From Alphaproteobacteria bacterium (GTDB taxonomy: Bacteria; Pseudomonadota; Alphaproteobacteria; Bin95), in the NCBI GenBank assembly GCA_965205265.1, contig CBDBGH010000003.1, forward strand, positions 1,856,001 to 1,920,000: DNA of 64,000 nucleotides, read 5' to 3'. The notes beneath the pieces are model-generated. The model made no database searches. It was not told the origin of the DNA and saw only the letters and a program-made list of their open reading frames with translations. Positions 41,211-49,555 of this stretch are shown here, in pieces (within the stretch, counting starts at the first letter, position 1; each line of letters opens with the position of its first letter). Made by a program: the position numbers and the translations under genes.

Positions 41211-41240
41211 TGCTCCTCTCCCGCTTGCGGGAGAGGAGCA
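41211..41240. repeat. Perfect palindrome (REP-like)
   Basis: tgctcctctcccg-cttg-cgggagaggagca. Confidence 0.75.
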
Positions 41241-41316
41241 AACAAGGAACAAACGAAGGAGAGGTAAAACTTCATACCCAAACAGGCCACAGCCTATGCG
41301 CCCCGCGCATGCAGAT

Positions 41317-41386
41317 CATGACATCGCATGACACATCGCAGGGGGGGCCGCCGGGCGCGCATGACAAAACATGACATCCCATGACA
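41317..41386 (+). repeat. Five CATGACA direct repeats in two 10-bp-phased groups
   Basis: Copies at 41317, 41327, 41360, 41370 and 41380. Confidence 0.85.
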
Positions 41387-41418
41387 GTCCCGCGAGAGGA
41401 CGCCGGCCGGCAGCGCCG

Positions 41419-42069
41419 CTACCGCCCCGCGAGCCGCGTCATGAAGGCGAGCCCGGCCTGCATGCCGGCGGGGTCGATGCCGTGGCCGAGGCCCGGCCGG
41501 CCGTGGGTCTCGACCGCGAAACCGGCGCCCTCCAGCGCCGCCGCCGCCTCGGCCATGGAGGCATAGGGCACGAGCTCGTCCCTCTCGCCGTGGATGAGCG
41601 CCACCGGCGGCCGGCTCTGCGCTTCCCGCTCCAGCAGTTCCGGGGCCAGCAGGCGGCCGGAATAGCCGAGAATGCCCGCCAGCGGTTCCCTGCGCCGGGG
41701 CCCTGTATGCAGCGCCAGCATGGTCCCTTGGCTGAAGCCGGCGAGGGTGAGCGCCGCAGGCGGCAGGCCGGTTTCCTCCAGCAGGTCGTCGATGAAGCCA
41801 TCGACCATCGCCGACGCGGCGCGCAGGCCGCCCAAGCGCAAGGCGTCGCCGCGCCCGTGGATGCCGAACCACTGGCGGCCGAACGGCGCGCCCTCGCAGG
41901 GAAACGGCGCATGCGGGGATACGAACAGCGTGTCGGACATGGCTGGCGCCCAAGCGGGCGCCAGGCCGATCAGGTCGTCGCCGTCCGCCCCGTAGCCGTG
42001 CAGCAGCAGCACGATGCGGGCGGGCGCCGCGCCCGTGGCGGGCGGATGCCGGGGGCCGTCGAGTCGCAT
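41419..42069 (-). CDS. Phospholipase/carboxylesterase
   Basis: LLHGYGADG, GRQWF, GFSQG, HGERD, GHGI. Confidence 0.9.
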   Translation of the reverse strand: MRLDGPRHPPATGAAPARIVLLLHGYGADGDDLIGLAPAWAPAMSDTLFVSPHAPFPCEGAPFGRQWFGIHGRGDALRLGGLRAASAMVDGFIDDLLEETGLPPAALTLAGFSQGTMLALHTGPRRREPLAGILGYSGRLLAPELLEREAQSRPPVALIHGERDELVPYASMAEAAAALEGAGFAVETHGRPGLGHGIDPAGMQAGLAFMTRLAGR

Positions 42070-42112
42070 GGCGTTGACGGCTAGCCCAAAGCCGGGGTCT
42101 TGTCACCCTTCC

Positions 42113-42871
42113 ATGGCTACCGTCACCCGCTTCGCCCCGAGCCCGACGGGCCGGCTGCATCTGGGCCACGCCTATGCGGCGCTGTTCGCCGCCGACCGGG
42201 CGGCGCGCGCCGGCGGGCGGTTCCTCGTCCGGATCGAGGATATCGACCGGAGCCGCTGCCGCCCCGAATTCGAGGCCGGCATACTGGAGGACCTCGCCTG
42301 GCTCGGCCTCGAATGGGAAGAACCGGTGCGCCGGCAGTCGGACCATATGGACGACTACGCCCGCGCGCTGACCTCGCTCGACGAGCGCGGGCTGATCTAC
42401 CCCTGCTTCTGCACCCGCCGGGAGATCGAGGCGGCGGCGACTGCGCCCCACGGCCCCGAGGGCCCACCCTATCCCGGCACCTGCCGGGCGCTGACCGAAG
42501 CCGAGCGCGAGGCGCGCATGGCGCGGGGCGACCCATATGCGCTCCGGCTGACGGAAGGCGACACGGTGGTCGCGCGCAAGGACATCCGCACGAGCTACCA
42601 TCTGGCCGTCGTGGTGGACGACGCGCTCCAGGGCGTGACCTTGGTGACGCGCGGCGCGGACCTCGCCTTCGCCGTGCCGGTCCAGAACCGCCTGCAAAGG
42701 CTGCTCGGCCTGCCGGTGCCGGACTACGAACACCATCCTGTGCTGACCGACGCCGGCGGCCGCCGCCTCGCCAAGCGCGACCGCGCGCTGACCCTGCAAA
42801 GCCTGCGCGAGGCGGGCGTCACCCCCGGCGAAGTGCGGGCGCGGATCGGGCGGATGGGCGGGGTGTTCTGA
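42113..42871 (+). CDS. gluQ: Glutamyl-Q tRNA(Asp) synthetase
   Basis: RFAPSPTGRLHLGH, RIEDID, YPCFCTR, SYHLAVVVDD, RLAKR; no anticodon-binding domain. Confidence 0.9.
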   Translation: MATVTRFAPSPTGRLHLGHAYAALFAADRAARAGGRFLVRIEDIDRSRCRPEFEAGILEDLAWLGLEWEEPVRRQSDHMDDYARALTSLDERGLIYPCFCTRREIEAAATAPHGPEGPPYPGTCRALTEAEREARMARGDPYALRLTEGDTVVARKDIRTSYHLAVVVDDALQGVTLVTRGADLAFAVPVQNRLQRLLGLPVPDYEHHPVLTDAGGRRLAKRDRALTLQSLREAGVTPGEVRARIGRMGGVF

Positions 42872-42885
42872 TGCCAACGGTCCCC

Positions 42886-43338
42886 TCCGTCATGCCCGAA
42901 CGCCCCTCCTCCGTCATACCCGGACTTGTTCCACTGGTGTCCGGTTCAGACATTGAGGGGGAGCCGAACGGGATTTCGGGAGCGCGCGGCGTCCCCGGTC
43001 GGCCTCCTGTCCGTCATGCCCGAACGCCCCCCTTCGACAGGTTCAGGGCAGGCTCTTTCGTCATACCCGGACTTGTTCCGGGTATCTCTCTCAAGCGGCT
43101 CTGCCAGGCGGCCGTATGGATACCCGGAACAAGTCCGGGTATGACGGGAACAGGGCCGGGCCGCCGGGCGTCGATCCGGGTCCCGATCTCGCCGAACCCC
43201 TCGAAACCCGGTTGAATCCAGGCCATGCGCTCTGTCCCCCAAATCTAAACCGGACAACCGTGGACTTGTTCCGGGCATCCATGCGGCCGTCCGGCGGAAG
43301 CGGCCGAGGGAGATGCCCGGAACAAGTCCGGGAATGAC
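42886..43338. repeat. Cluster of REP-like palindromes (GTCATACCCGGACTTGTTCCGGG family)
   Basis: Intact copy 43059-43146; split copy 42913-42932 + 43262-43338; direct repeat tccgtcatgcccgaacgcccc at 42886 and 43010. Confidence 0.88.
42933..43261. mobile_element. MITE-like non-autonomous element
   Basis: Imperfect TIRs actggtgtccggttcaga and (rc) acggttgtccggtttaga; flanking direct repeat GGACTTGTTCC at 42922-42932 and 43262-43272. Confidence 0.7.
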
Positions 43339-43402
43339 GATATGGGGGCATGACGGGAAGAGGGGCGGGGCAACGCCTTCGGACACCAAGTGCCGCGCCC
43401 GG

Positions 43403-44248
43403 CTACATCTTCGCCGCGAACGCCTCGAAGGACCTGCCGCCCGCGCTGACGGCGTCGAAGAGCATCGAGAAGTGGTTCGCGCCCGGCACGGTGACGCGCT
43501 CGACCGCGCAACCCGCCGCTTCCGCAAGGTCGGCATAGCTTGCGCTCTGCGCCTGCCAGCCGGCCGGCTCTTCGCCGCCGACCGAGACGACCATCGGCAC
43601 GGGCCGCGCCGGCGGACGGCTGAAGACGTCGTTGCGCGCCGCCATGGCCTCGTCGAGCCGCACCTCCTCGTTCACCGAAATGCGCCGCACGACCGGCGTC
43701 TCGTAGATGCCGCTCATGCAGTGCGCGCCGGCTATGAGCGCCGCCGAAGCCGGGTCCGCCAGCAGCATGGCGGTCAGATGCGCCCCCGCCGAATGGCCGC
43801 CGACGAAGAGCCGTGCCGGGTCGCAGCCCCACGCCCCGGCATGAGCATGGACGAAGGCGAGGCACGCCTTCATCTGCGCCACGATGTCGTCCAGGGTCAC
43901 ATCCGGGCAGAGGTCGTAATCGACATTGGCGACGGCCACGCCGCGCTCGACGAAGCCGCCGACGGCGAAGCTGTGGTCCGCCTTGGAGAAGCGCCGCCAG
44001 TAGCCGCCGTGGATGAACATGAACAGCGCGCCGTTTCCGCCCGAGGCCGGCCGGTGCAGGTCCAGCGCCTCGCGCGGGCCGGCTCCGTAGGCGATGTCGT
44101 AACTGCCGGGCCAGGATTCGCGCGCCGCTTCGGCGGCCGCCAGATATTCGCCCAGATGGGCCTCCACCGCCTCGTCGCCGACGGCGGCGCGCGGATTGAA
44201 ATGCGCTTCCAGCGCCGCATCGTCCGCCGAACGCCAGTCGAATGTCAC
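43403..44248 (-). CDS. Alpha/beta hydrolase, arylformamidase-like
   Basis: FIHGGYW, GGHSAGAHL, ANHFS; GTG start. Confidence 0.85.
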   Translation of the reverse strand: MTFDWRSADDAALEAHFNPRAAVGDEAVEAHLGEYLAAAEAARESWPGSYDIAYGAGPREALDLHRPASGGNGALFMFIHGGYWRRFSKADHSFAVGGFVERGVAVANVDYDLCPDVTLDDIVAQMKACLAFVHAHAGAWGCDPARLFVGGHSAGAHLTAMLLADPASAALIAGAHCMSGIYETPVVRRISVNEEVRLDEAMAARNDVFSRPPARPVPMVVSVGGEEPAGWQAQSASYADLAEAAGCAVERVTVPGANHFSMLFDAVSAGGRSFEAFAAKM

Positions 44249-44331
44249 TTTGCCCCTCCCGCTTCGCGCCTGTTGGCTTTGGCCGCCGCCATTGTACCAT
44301 GACCACATCCGGATACAGGGGAGGCCCCGCC

Positions 44332-45372
44332 ATGCCGCTCACCTGCGCCCATCTCGTCGGCAGCCTGCCCTACCCCGACGCCGACACCGCCTTCATGGAA
44401 ATCGGCAGCCGGCTGGGCGCGCATCTCAGGCGGATTCCGGACGGCGAGACCGGCGAACGGGCGCGCTGGATCTTCTGGCAGCGGGCCAAGGTCGCGGCGC
44501 ATCCGGCCATGGAGGTCGCCGCCGACGAGGACAAGGCGCGCATCCACCAGTGGGACGGCAAGCTGATCCGCGAGTGGGAGTTGCTCCGTTTCCGGGAAGG
44601 CGTCGATCCGGCGGCGGTAGAGTTCGATCCGGGCTATGCGCCGGAGGCCGCCCGTTCCTGGGCCCGTTTCACCGCCATGCGCGAGGCCGGGACGCTGCCG
44701 GCCGGGGTGCGCTTCCAGGTGTGCCTGCCAACGCCGATGGCCGTCGGCTACTGGTTCGTCTCGCCCTCCTGCCGTCCGGAGTTCTTCGCGGCCTATGAGC
44801 GCGCCTTCAAGGCCGACCTCGCGAAGATCTGCGCCGCGATCCCCCCGGACGATCTGGCGATCCAGTGGGATGTCTGCCAGGAGGTGCTGGCCTGGGAAGG
44901 CTATTTCCCGAACCGGCCGGCGAGCTACAAGGAGGACATCACGGCCATGCTGGCGCGCCTCGGCAACGCCGTGCCGGAGCCGGCGGAGCTCGGCTACCAC
45001 CTCTGCTACGGCACGCCGAATGACGAGCATGTGGTGATGCCGACCGACCTCGCCAACACGGTCGAGATTACCCACGGACTCCTCGCCGGGCTGGAGCGGT
45101 CTCTCCAGTTCGTCCATGTCCCGGCGCCGAAGCATCGCGACGACGCGGCCTATTACGCGCCGCTTGCAGACCTGCGCCTGCCCGAAGGCTGCGAGCTTTA
45201 TCTCGGCATCATCCACCACGACGACCGGGAGGGCGACCGCCGCCGCATCGCCGCCGCTGCGGAGTTCGCGGCCTCCTTCGGCATCGCGACGGAATGCGGC
45301 TGGGGCCGCGGCGACCCGGCCCGCGCCCCCGGCCTGCTCGACAGCCACCGCATCGCGCTCGAAGCGGAATGA
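44332..45372 (+). CDS. Cobalamin-independent methionine synthase (MetE C-domain)-like protein
   Basis: HLVGS, PDGE, IQWD, YHLCYG, ECGWGR. Confidence 0.75.
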   Translation: MPLTCAHLVGSLPYPDADTAFMEIGSRLGAHLRRIPDGETGERARWIFWQRAKVAAHPAMEVAADEDKARIHQWDGKLIREWELLRFREGVDPAAVEFDPGYAPEAARSWARFTAMREAGTLPAGVRFQVCLPTPMAVGYWFVSPSCRPEFFAAYERAFKADLAKICAAIPPDDLAIQWDVCQEVLAWEGYFPNRPASYKEDITAMLARLGNAVPEPAELGYHLCYGTPNDEHVVMPTDLANTVEITHGLLAGLERSLQFVHVPAPKHRDDAAYYAPLADLRLPEGCELYLGIIHHDDREGDRRRIAAAAEFAASFGIATECGWGRGDPARAPGLLDSHRIALEAE

Positions 45373-45385
45373 GCCTGTCTGTAAG

Positions 45386-45721
45386 TCAGGTAAGCGCGCG
45401 CAAAGCCGCTTCGGGCGCCTTGTCGAGGATTTTCAGCAAGGCCCTTGCGGCGCCCGTAGGACCGCGCTTGCCCTGCTCCCAGTTGCGGATCGTTTCCTGC
45501 GGCACGTCTATGCGGCGCGCGAACTCCACTTGCGTCAGCCCGAGGCGCCGGCGCACCCGCCGGGCGAAGCGCGCCATGTCCTGCATCGCCTCGGCATCGT
45601 CCTCGCGCGCCTGCCGCGCGATGTCCTCTTCGGTTGTCCCGTCCAACACCCCGTAATCGACCCGTCCCGAAGGAACGGTCTGCGGATCGTCCGGGTCAAT
45701 CCGGACGCGCGTTCTGCTCAT
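45386..45721 (-). CDS. XRE/HTH antitoxin
   Basis: RRRLGLTQVEFA, TIRNWEQGKRGPTGAARALL. Confidence 0.87.
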   Translation of the reverse strand: MSRTRVRIDPDDPQTVPSGRVDYGVLDGTTEEDIARQAREDDAEAMQDMARFARRVRRRLGLTQVEFARRIDVPQETIRNWEQGKRGPTGAARALLKILDKAPEAALRALT

Positions 45722-45977
45722 ATTCCCGTACCTCCCGGGCATTGGCCTTGCCGGCCGACACGATGCGAACGACGGCACCGCGCATCGTGTAGATCACAAC
45801 GAAGAGCCGACCCTCAATTGCGCCAAGCAACCTGTAACGGTCCTCGCCATAGTTCCAGCGGCGGTCCTGATCTACGATCCTGTCGCGATCCAGGAACGCG
45901 CGGACGACATAGGCGAAGTCGAAGCCGCGTTGCGCGAGACAAGCATCGCTCTTGGTGTTGTCCCACTCGAATTTCAT
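45696..45977 (-). CDS. BrnT family toxin
   Basis: FEWDNTKS, RGFDF, YGEDR, RIVSAGKANARE. Confidence 0.88.
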   Translation of the reverse strand: MKFEWDNTKSDACLAQRGFDFAYVVRAFLDRDRIVDQDRRWNYGEDRYRLLGAIEGRLFVVIYTMRGAVVRIVSAGKANAREVREYEQNARPD

Positions 45978-46053
45978 TGAATCGTATAGTTCATTGGCCT
46001 ACCTATGTCCAGCATCGGTGAGATGGTGCCGGCCCGGTTGACTGGATGCGGCG

Positions 46054-46887
46054 CTATCGACCGCCATCGTTCCCTGCCCGCCCGATTTCCTCCTTGAGGG
46101 CCCGGATTTCGCTGCGGAGGCCTTCCAGTTCCGTTGCGAGGAAGGAGGCTTCGGCCTCCGTCACCTGCCGGAGCACCGCCTCCGTCTCTTCCCGGTCCGC
46201 CGTGTGCAGGGTCTGCATGGCATCGACGATGACAGCGATGAAGAGGTTCAGCACCGCGAAGCTCGTCAGCAGGATGAAAGGCACGAAGAAGGCCCACGCC
46301 CAATCGAAGGTTTCCATCACCGGGCGCACGATGCCCATCGACCAGCTTTCCAGCGTCATGATCTGGAAGAGCGAATACATGGACGCGCCGACGCTGCCGA
46401 ACCATTCCGGAAACGCCTCGCCGAACATGCGCGTCGCCATAACCGCGCCGACATAGAACACCAGCAGCAGCAGGCTGGAGATCGAGCCCAGGCCCGGTAT
46501 GGCGTGCAGCAGCGCCTCCACCACCTTGCGCATCTGCGGCACGACCGAAACCAGCCTCAGCACCCGCAGGATGCGGAGCGCGCGCAGCACGGAGAGATTG
46601 CCGGTCGCCGGAATGAGCGTGATGGAGATGACGGCGAAGTCGAACAGGTTCCAGCCGCGCCTGAAGAAGGCCGGCCCCTCGGCCACCAGCCGGGCGGCGA
46701 TCTCGACGACGAACACCGCCACGATCGCCTTGTCGAGCCAACCGAGCCAGGGCGAGAGCGCCTCGTTGATCGTCGCCGAGGTTTCCAGGCCGAGCGTCAC
46801 CGCGTTGACGACGATCAGCACCGTCACCAGCCGTTCCGTCTTCGGCGCGCTCACCAGACCGTTCAACCGCTCGCGCCAGGCCGCCAT
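46054..46887 (-). CDS. Bacterial voltage-gated sodium channel (BacNav)
   Basis: WNLFDF, S4 LRALRILRVLRL, filter TLESWSM, LNLFIAVIVDAM, C-terminal coiled coil. Confidence 0.93.
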   Translation of the reverse strand: MAAWRERLNGLVSAPKTERLVTVLIVVNAVTLGLETSATINEALSPWLGWLDKAIVAVFVVEIAARLVAEGPAFFRRGWNLFDFAVISITLIPATGNLSVLRALRILRVLRLVSVVPQMRKVVEALLHAIPGLGSISSLLLLVFYVGAVMATRMFGEAFPEWFGSVGASMYSLFQIMTLESWSMGIVRPVMETFDWAWAFFVPFILLTSFAVLNLFIAVIVDAMQTLHTADREETEAVLRQVTEAEASFLATELEGLRSEIRALKEEIGRAGNDGGR

Positions 46888-46985
46888 TTCTTCCTCCCTC
46901 ACCGGAATGGCGGCCAGATAGTCAAGACGCGCAGGCGCATGCAAGCGGTTGCGGCGGCGGCTCCTTGCGGCTATCCGGCGCGCTC

Positions 46986-48173
46986 ATGGCCGCCGTCCTG
47001 CCCGCCCTGGTCGCAACCCTCGCGATGCAGGCCATCGTCGTCATCGCCTCGCTCATCGTGCCGATCACGGTGCAGGAGAGCGCGGACGCGCTCGGCTTCG
47101 ACCCGGCCATGGTCGGCTATTACACGATGGCGATGTGGCTCGGCGGCATGGTCTCAACCCTCTATTCGGGCGGACTGATACGCCGCTTCGGCGCGCTGCG
47201 CGTTTGTCAGGCGACGATGGGGATCGCCGCGGCGGGCGCGCTCCTGACGGGCGTGGCGAGCATTGCCGCCTTCGGGCTTGCGGGCGTCCTGATCGGCATG
47301 GCTTACGGGCCCGCCAACCCCGCCGGCTCCCACCTGCTTGCACGCCTCTCCCCGCCGCATCTGCGCGGGCGGGTGTTCTCCGTCAAGCAGACCAGCGTGC
47401 CCGTAGGGGCCGCCATTGCCGGCCTGCTGGTGCCGGCGGTCGTGGACGACTGGGGTTGGCAGGCCGCAAGTCCGGTCATCGCTCTGCTTTGCATCGCGGC
47501 AATGGTGGCCGTCCAGCCCTGGCGCGCCGGCCTCGACAGCGACCGCGACCCCTCGGCGCCTGCGCTCGCGACCCGCCCCCTTGCCGCGATCCGGCAGGTC
47601 TGGGCGCTGCCTGCCCTGCGCCGCACAGTTCTTGCTTCCGCCGCGCTCTCCATGGGGCAGTTCTGCTTTACGGCATTCTTTGTCGTCTTCGCGATGCAGC
47701 GCGCCGGCTTCGACCTCGCCGGGGCGGGTTCGTTGTTCTCGGTCGGCTTCGTTGCTGCCATTGCAGGCCGCGTAGCCTGGGGCTGGGCAGCCGACGCGAC
47801 CTCAAGCCGCGCCGCGCTCGCGACGCTCGGCACCGCCATGGCCGCAACGGCGCTGGTTGCCACGACCGTGGGCCCGGGCTGGTCCTGGCTCGGTGTCGCG
47901 GCACTGTCGGCGGCCTTCGGCGCAACGGCCGTCGGCTGGAACGGGGTCTATCTGGCGGAGGTCGCCCGGCTTGCGCCCGGCGGCGATGTCGGCGCGGCCA
48001 CGGGCGGCGCGATGTTCTTCACGCTCGCCGGCTCCGCCTTCGGTCCGGCGCTGTTCGGAGCGGTTGCGGCGTCGCTGGGCTACAGCGCCGCGTTCGTCCT
48101 GATGGCCGCCGTCACGGGCGCCGCAGGCCTGTGGATTGCGTTCGGAAGAGACCCCGCGCCGGAACGCGCCTGA
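46986..48173 (+). CDS. MFS transporter
   Basis: About 12 TM segments, FSVKQTSVPVG, GRVAWGWAAD. Confidence 0.85.
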   Translation: MAAVLPALVATLAMQAIVVIASLIVPITVQESADALGFDPAMVGYYTMAMWLGGMVSTLYSGGLIRRFGALRVCQATMGIAAAGALLTGVASIAAFGLAGVLIGMAYGPANPAGSHLLARLSPPHLRGRVFSVKQTSVPVGAAIAGLLVPAVVDDWGWQAASPVIALLCIAAMVAVQPWRAGLDSDRDPSAPALATRPLAAIRQVWALPALRRTVLASAALSMGQFCFTAFFVVFAMQRAGFDLAGAGSLFSVGFVAAIAGRVAWGWAADATSSRAALATLGTAMAATALVATTVGPGWSWLGVAALSAAFGATAVGWNGVYLAEVARLAPGGDVGAATGGAMFFTLAGSAFGPALFGAVAASLGYSAAFVLMAAVTGAAGLWIAFGRDPAPERA

Positions 48174-48263
48174 TTTCGCTTGCGCAGCGTGGCAACCGGC
48201 GTATTTTGTCGCGCCTTGCCGCGCCCCGCGCCGCAATCCATCTCAAGCTTCGGGAGGACGCCT

Positions 48264-48707
48264 TTGGCCCAGTTGTCTGCCGCCATTCCGGACGAGGCGG
48301 TGACCGCCCGCCTGTTTCCCCGCGAACAGGCCGCGGCGAAGGATTACTATGTCGAGCGGGACGGCCTGCGCTATGCCGGCACGCACCTGCTGGTGGATTT
48401 GTGGGGCGCGCACGACCTCGACGACCCGGCCGCTATCGACCGCGCGCTGCGCGCCTGCGCCGAAGCCTCGGGCGCGACCGTTCTGGGAGGCGACCTGCAC
48501 CGCTTCCAGCCGAACGGCGTTTCCGGCGTGTTGCTGCTCGCGGAGTCGCATATCTCGATCCACACATGGCCCGAGCGCGGGTTCGCCGCCCTCGACATTT
48601 TCATGTGCGGGGAGTGCGACCCCTATGCCGGCATCGAGGTGCTGAAACGCGCTTTCGAGCCGGAGCGGATCACGCTTGCCGAGCACAAGCGGGGCATGAT
48701 TCCGTGA
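48264..48707 (+). CDS. speD: S-adenosylmethionine decarboxylase proenzyme
   Basis: GTHLLVD, LAESHISIHTWPE, DIFMCG; TTG start after ggagg. Confidence 0.93.
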   Translation: MAQLSAAIPDEAVTARLFPREQAAAKDYYVERDGLRYAGTHLLVDLWGAHDLDDPAAIDRALRACAEASGATVLGGDLHRFQPNGVSGVLLLAESHISIHTWPERGFAALDIFMCGECDPYAGIEVLKRAFEPERITLAEHKRGMIP

Positions 48708-49555
48708 CCGGCGGCGGCTGGTTCGAGGAAGCCATTCACGCCCACGCAACGCAAAAGCTCGAAGTCACGCAAGTTCTCTACAATTCCGATACGGAGCTGC
48801 AGAAGATCGTCATCTTCGAAAACCCGACCTTCGGGCGGGTGATGACGCTGGACGATGTGGTGCAGGTCACCGAGGGCGACGAATTCATCTACCACGAGAT
48901 GATGGCGCATGTGCCGATCTTGGCGCATGGCGCGGTCCACGACGTGCTGATCGTCGGCGGCGGCGATGGCGGGCTCCTGGAGGAGGTGCTGAAACACCCG
49001 GTCGAGCGCGCCACCATGGTGGAGATCGACCGGGGCGTCGTGGACCTCGCCCGGCGCTACCTGCCGTCGATCTGCAAGGGCGCCTTCGACGACCCGCGCG
49101 CGGAGCTCGTCATCGCCGACGGCGCGCATTTCGTCGCCGAGACGGAGAGCCGCTACGACGTAATCCTGATCGATTCGACCGACCCCGTCGGCCCTGGCGA
49201 GATCCTGTTCCAACGCGAGTTCTACGCTGGCTGCAAGCGTTGCCTGAAGCCGGGCGGCATCCTGGTGACGCAGAACGGCGTGGCCTTCGTGCAGGGTGAG
49301 GAACTGACCTCCTCCTGGCGTCATTTCAACGCGCTGTTCGCGGATGCCTCCGCCTATGCCGTCGCGGTGCCGACCTATATCTGGGGTTTCATGGCGCTCG
49401 GCTGGGCGAGCGACGACCCGTCCCATCGCCGGAGGCCGCTCGCCACAATTGAGAAACGCCATGCTGCGGCCGGCCTCGACACACGTTATTACAATCCGGA
49501 AATTCATCTCGGCGCCTTCGCGCTGCCGACCTACATGAAGGAGCTGATGCGGTGA
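48704..49555 (+). CDS. speE: Polyamine aminopropyltransferase (spermidine synthase)
   Basis: YHEMMAH, VGGGDGG, VEID, IDSTDPVGPG. Confidence 0.94.
   Translation: MTGGGWFEEAIHAHATQKLEVTQVLYNSDTELQKIVIFENPTFGRVMTLDDVVQVTEGDEFIYHEMMAHVPILAHGAVHDVLIVGGGDGGLLEEVLKHPVERATMVEIDRGVVDLARRYLPSICKGAFDDPRAELVIADGAHFVAETESRYDVILIDSTDPVGPGEILFQREFYAGCKRCLKPGGILVTQNGVAFVQGEELTSSWRHFNALFADASAYAVAVPTYIWGFMALGWASDDPSHRRRPLATIEKRHAAAGLDTRYYNPEIHLGAFALPTYMKELMR

Noticed and set aside
40352-41374. ORFs of 312 aa (-) and 333 aa (+) over the non-coding element
   Set aside because: Low-complexity translations, atypical codon usage, overlap with brnT and no motifs
41317-41386. Pho box interpretation of TGTCAT repeats
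   Set aside because: Pho boxes repeat every 11 bp, these every 10 bp, and no phosphate gene lies downstream
42886-43338. CRISPR array
   Set aside because: Repeats are inverted and nested rather than regularly spaced direct repeats with unique spacers; no cas genes
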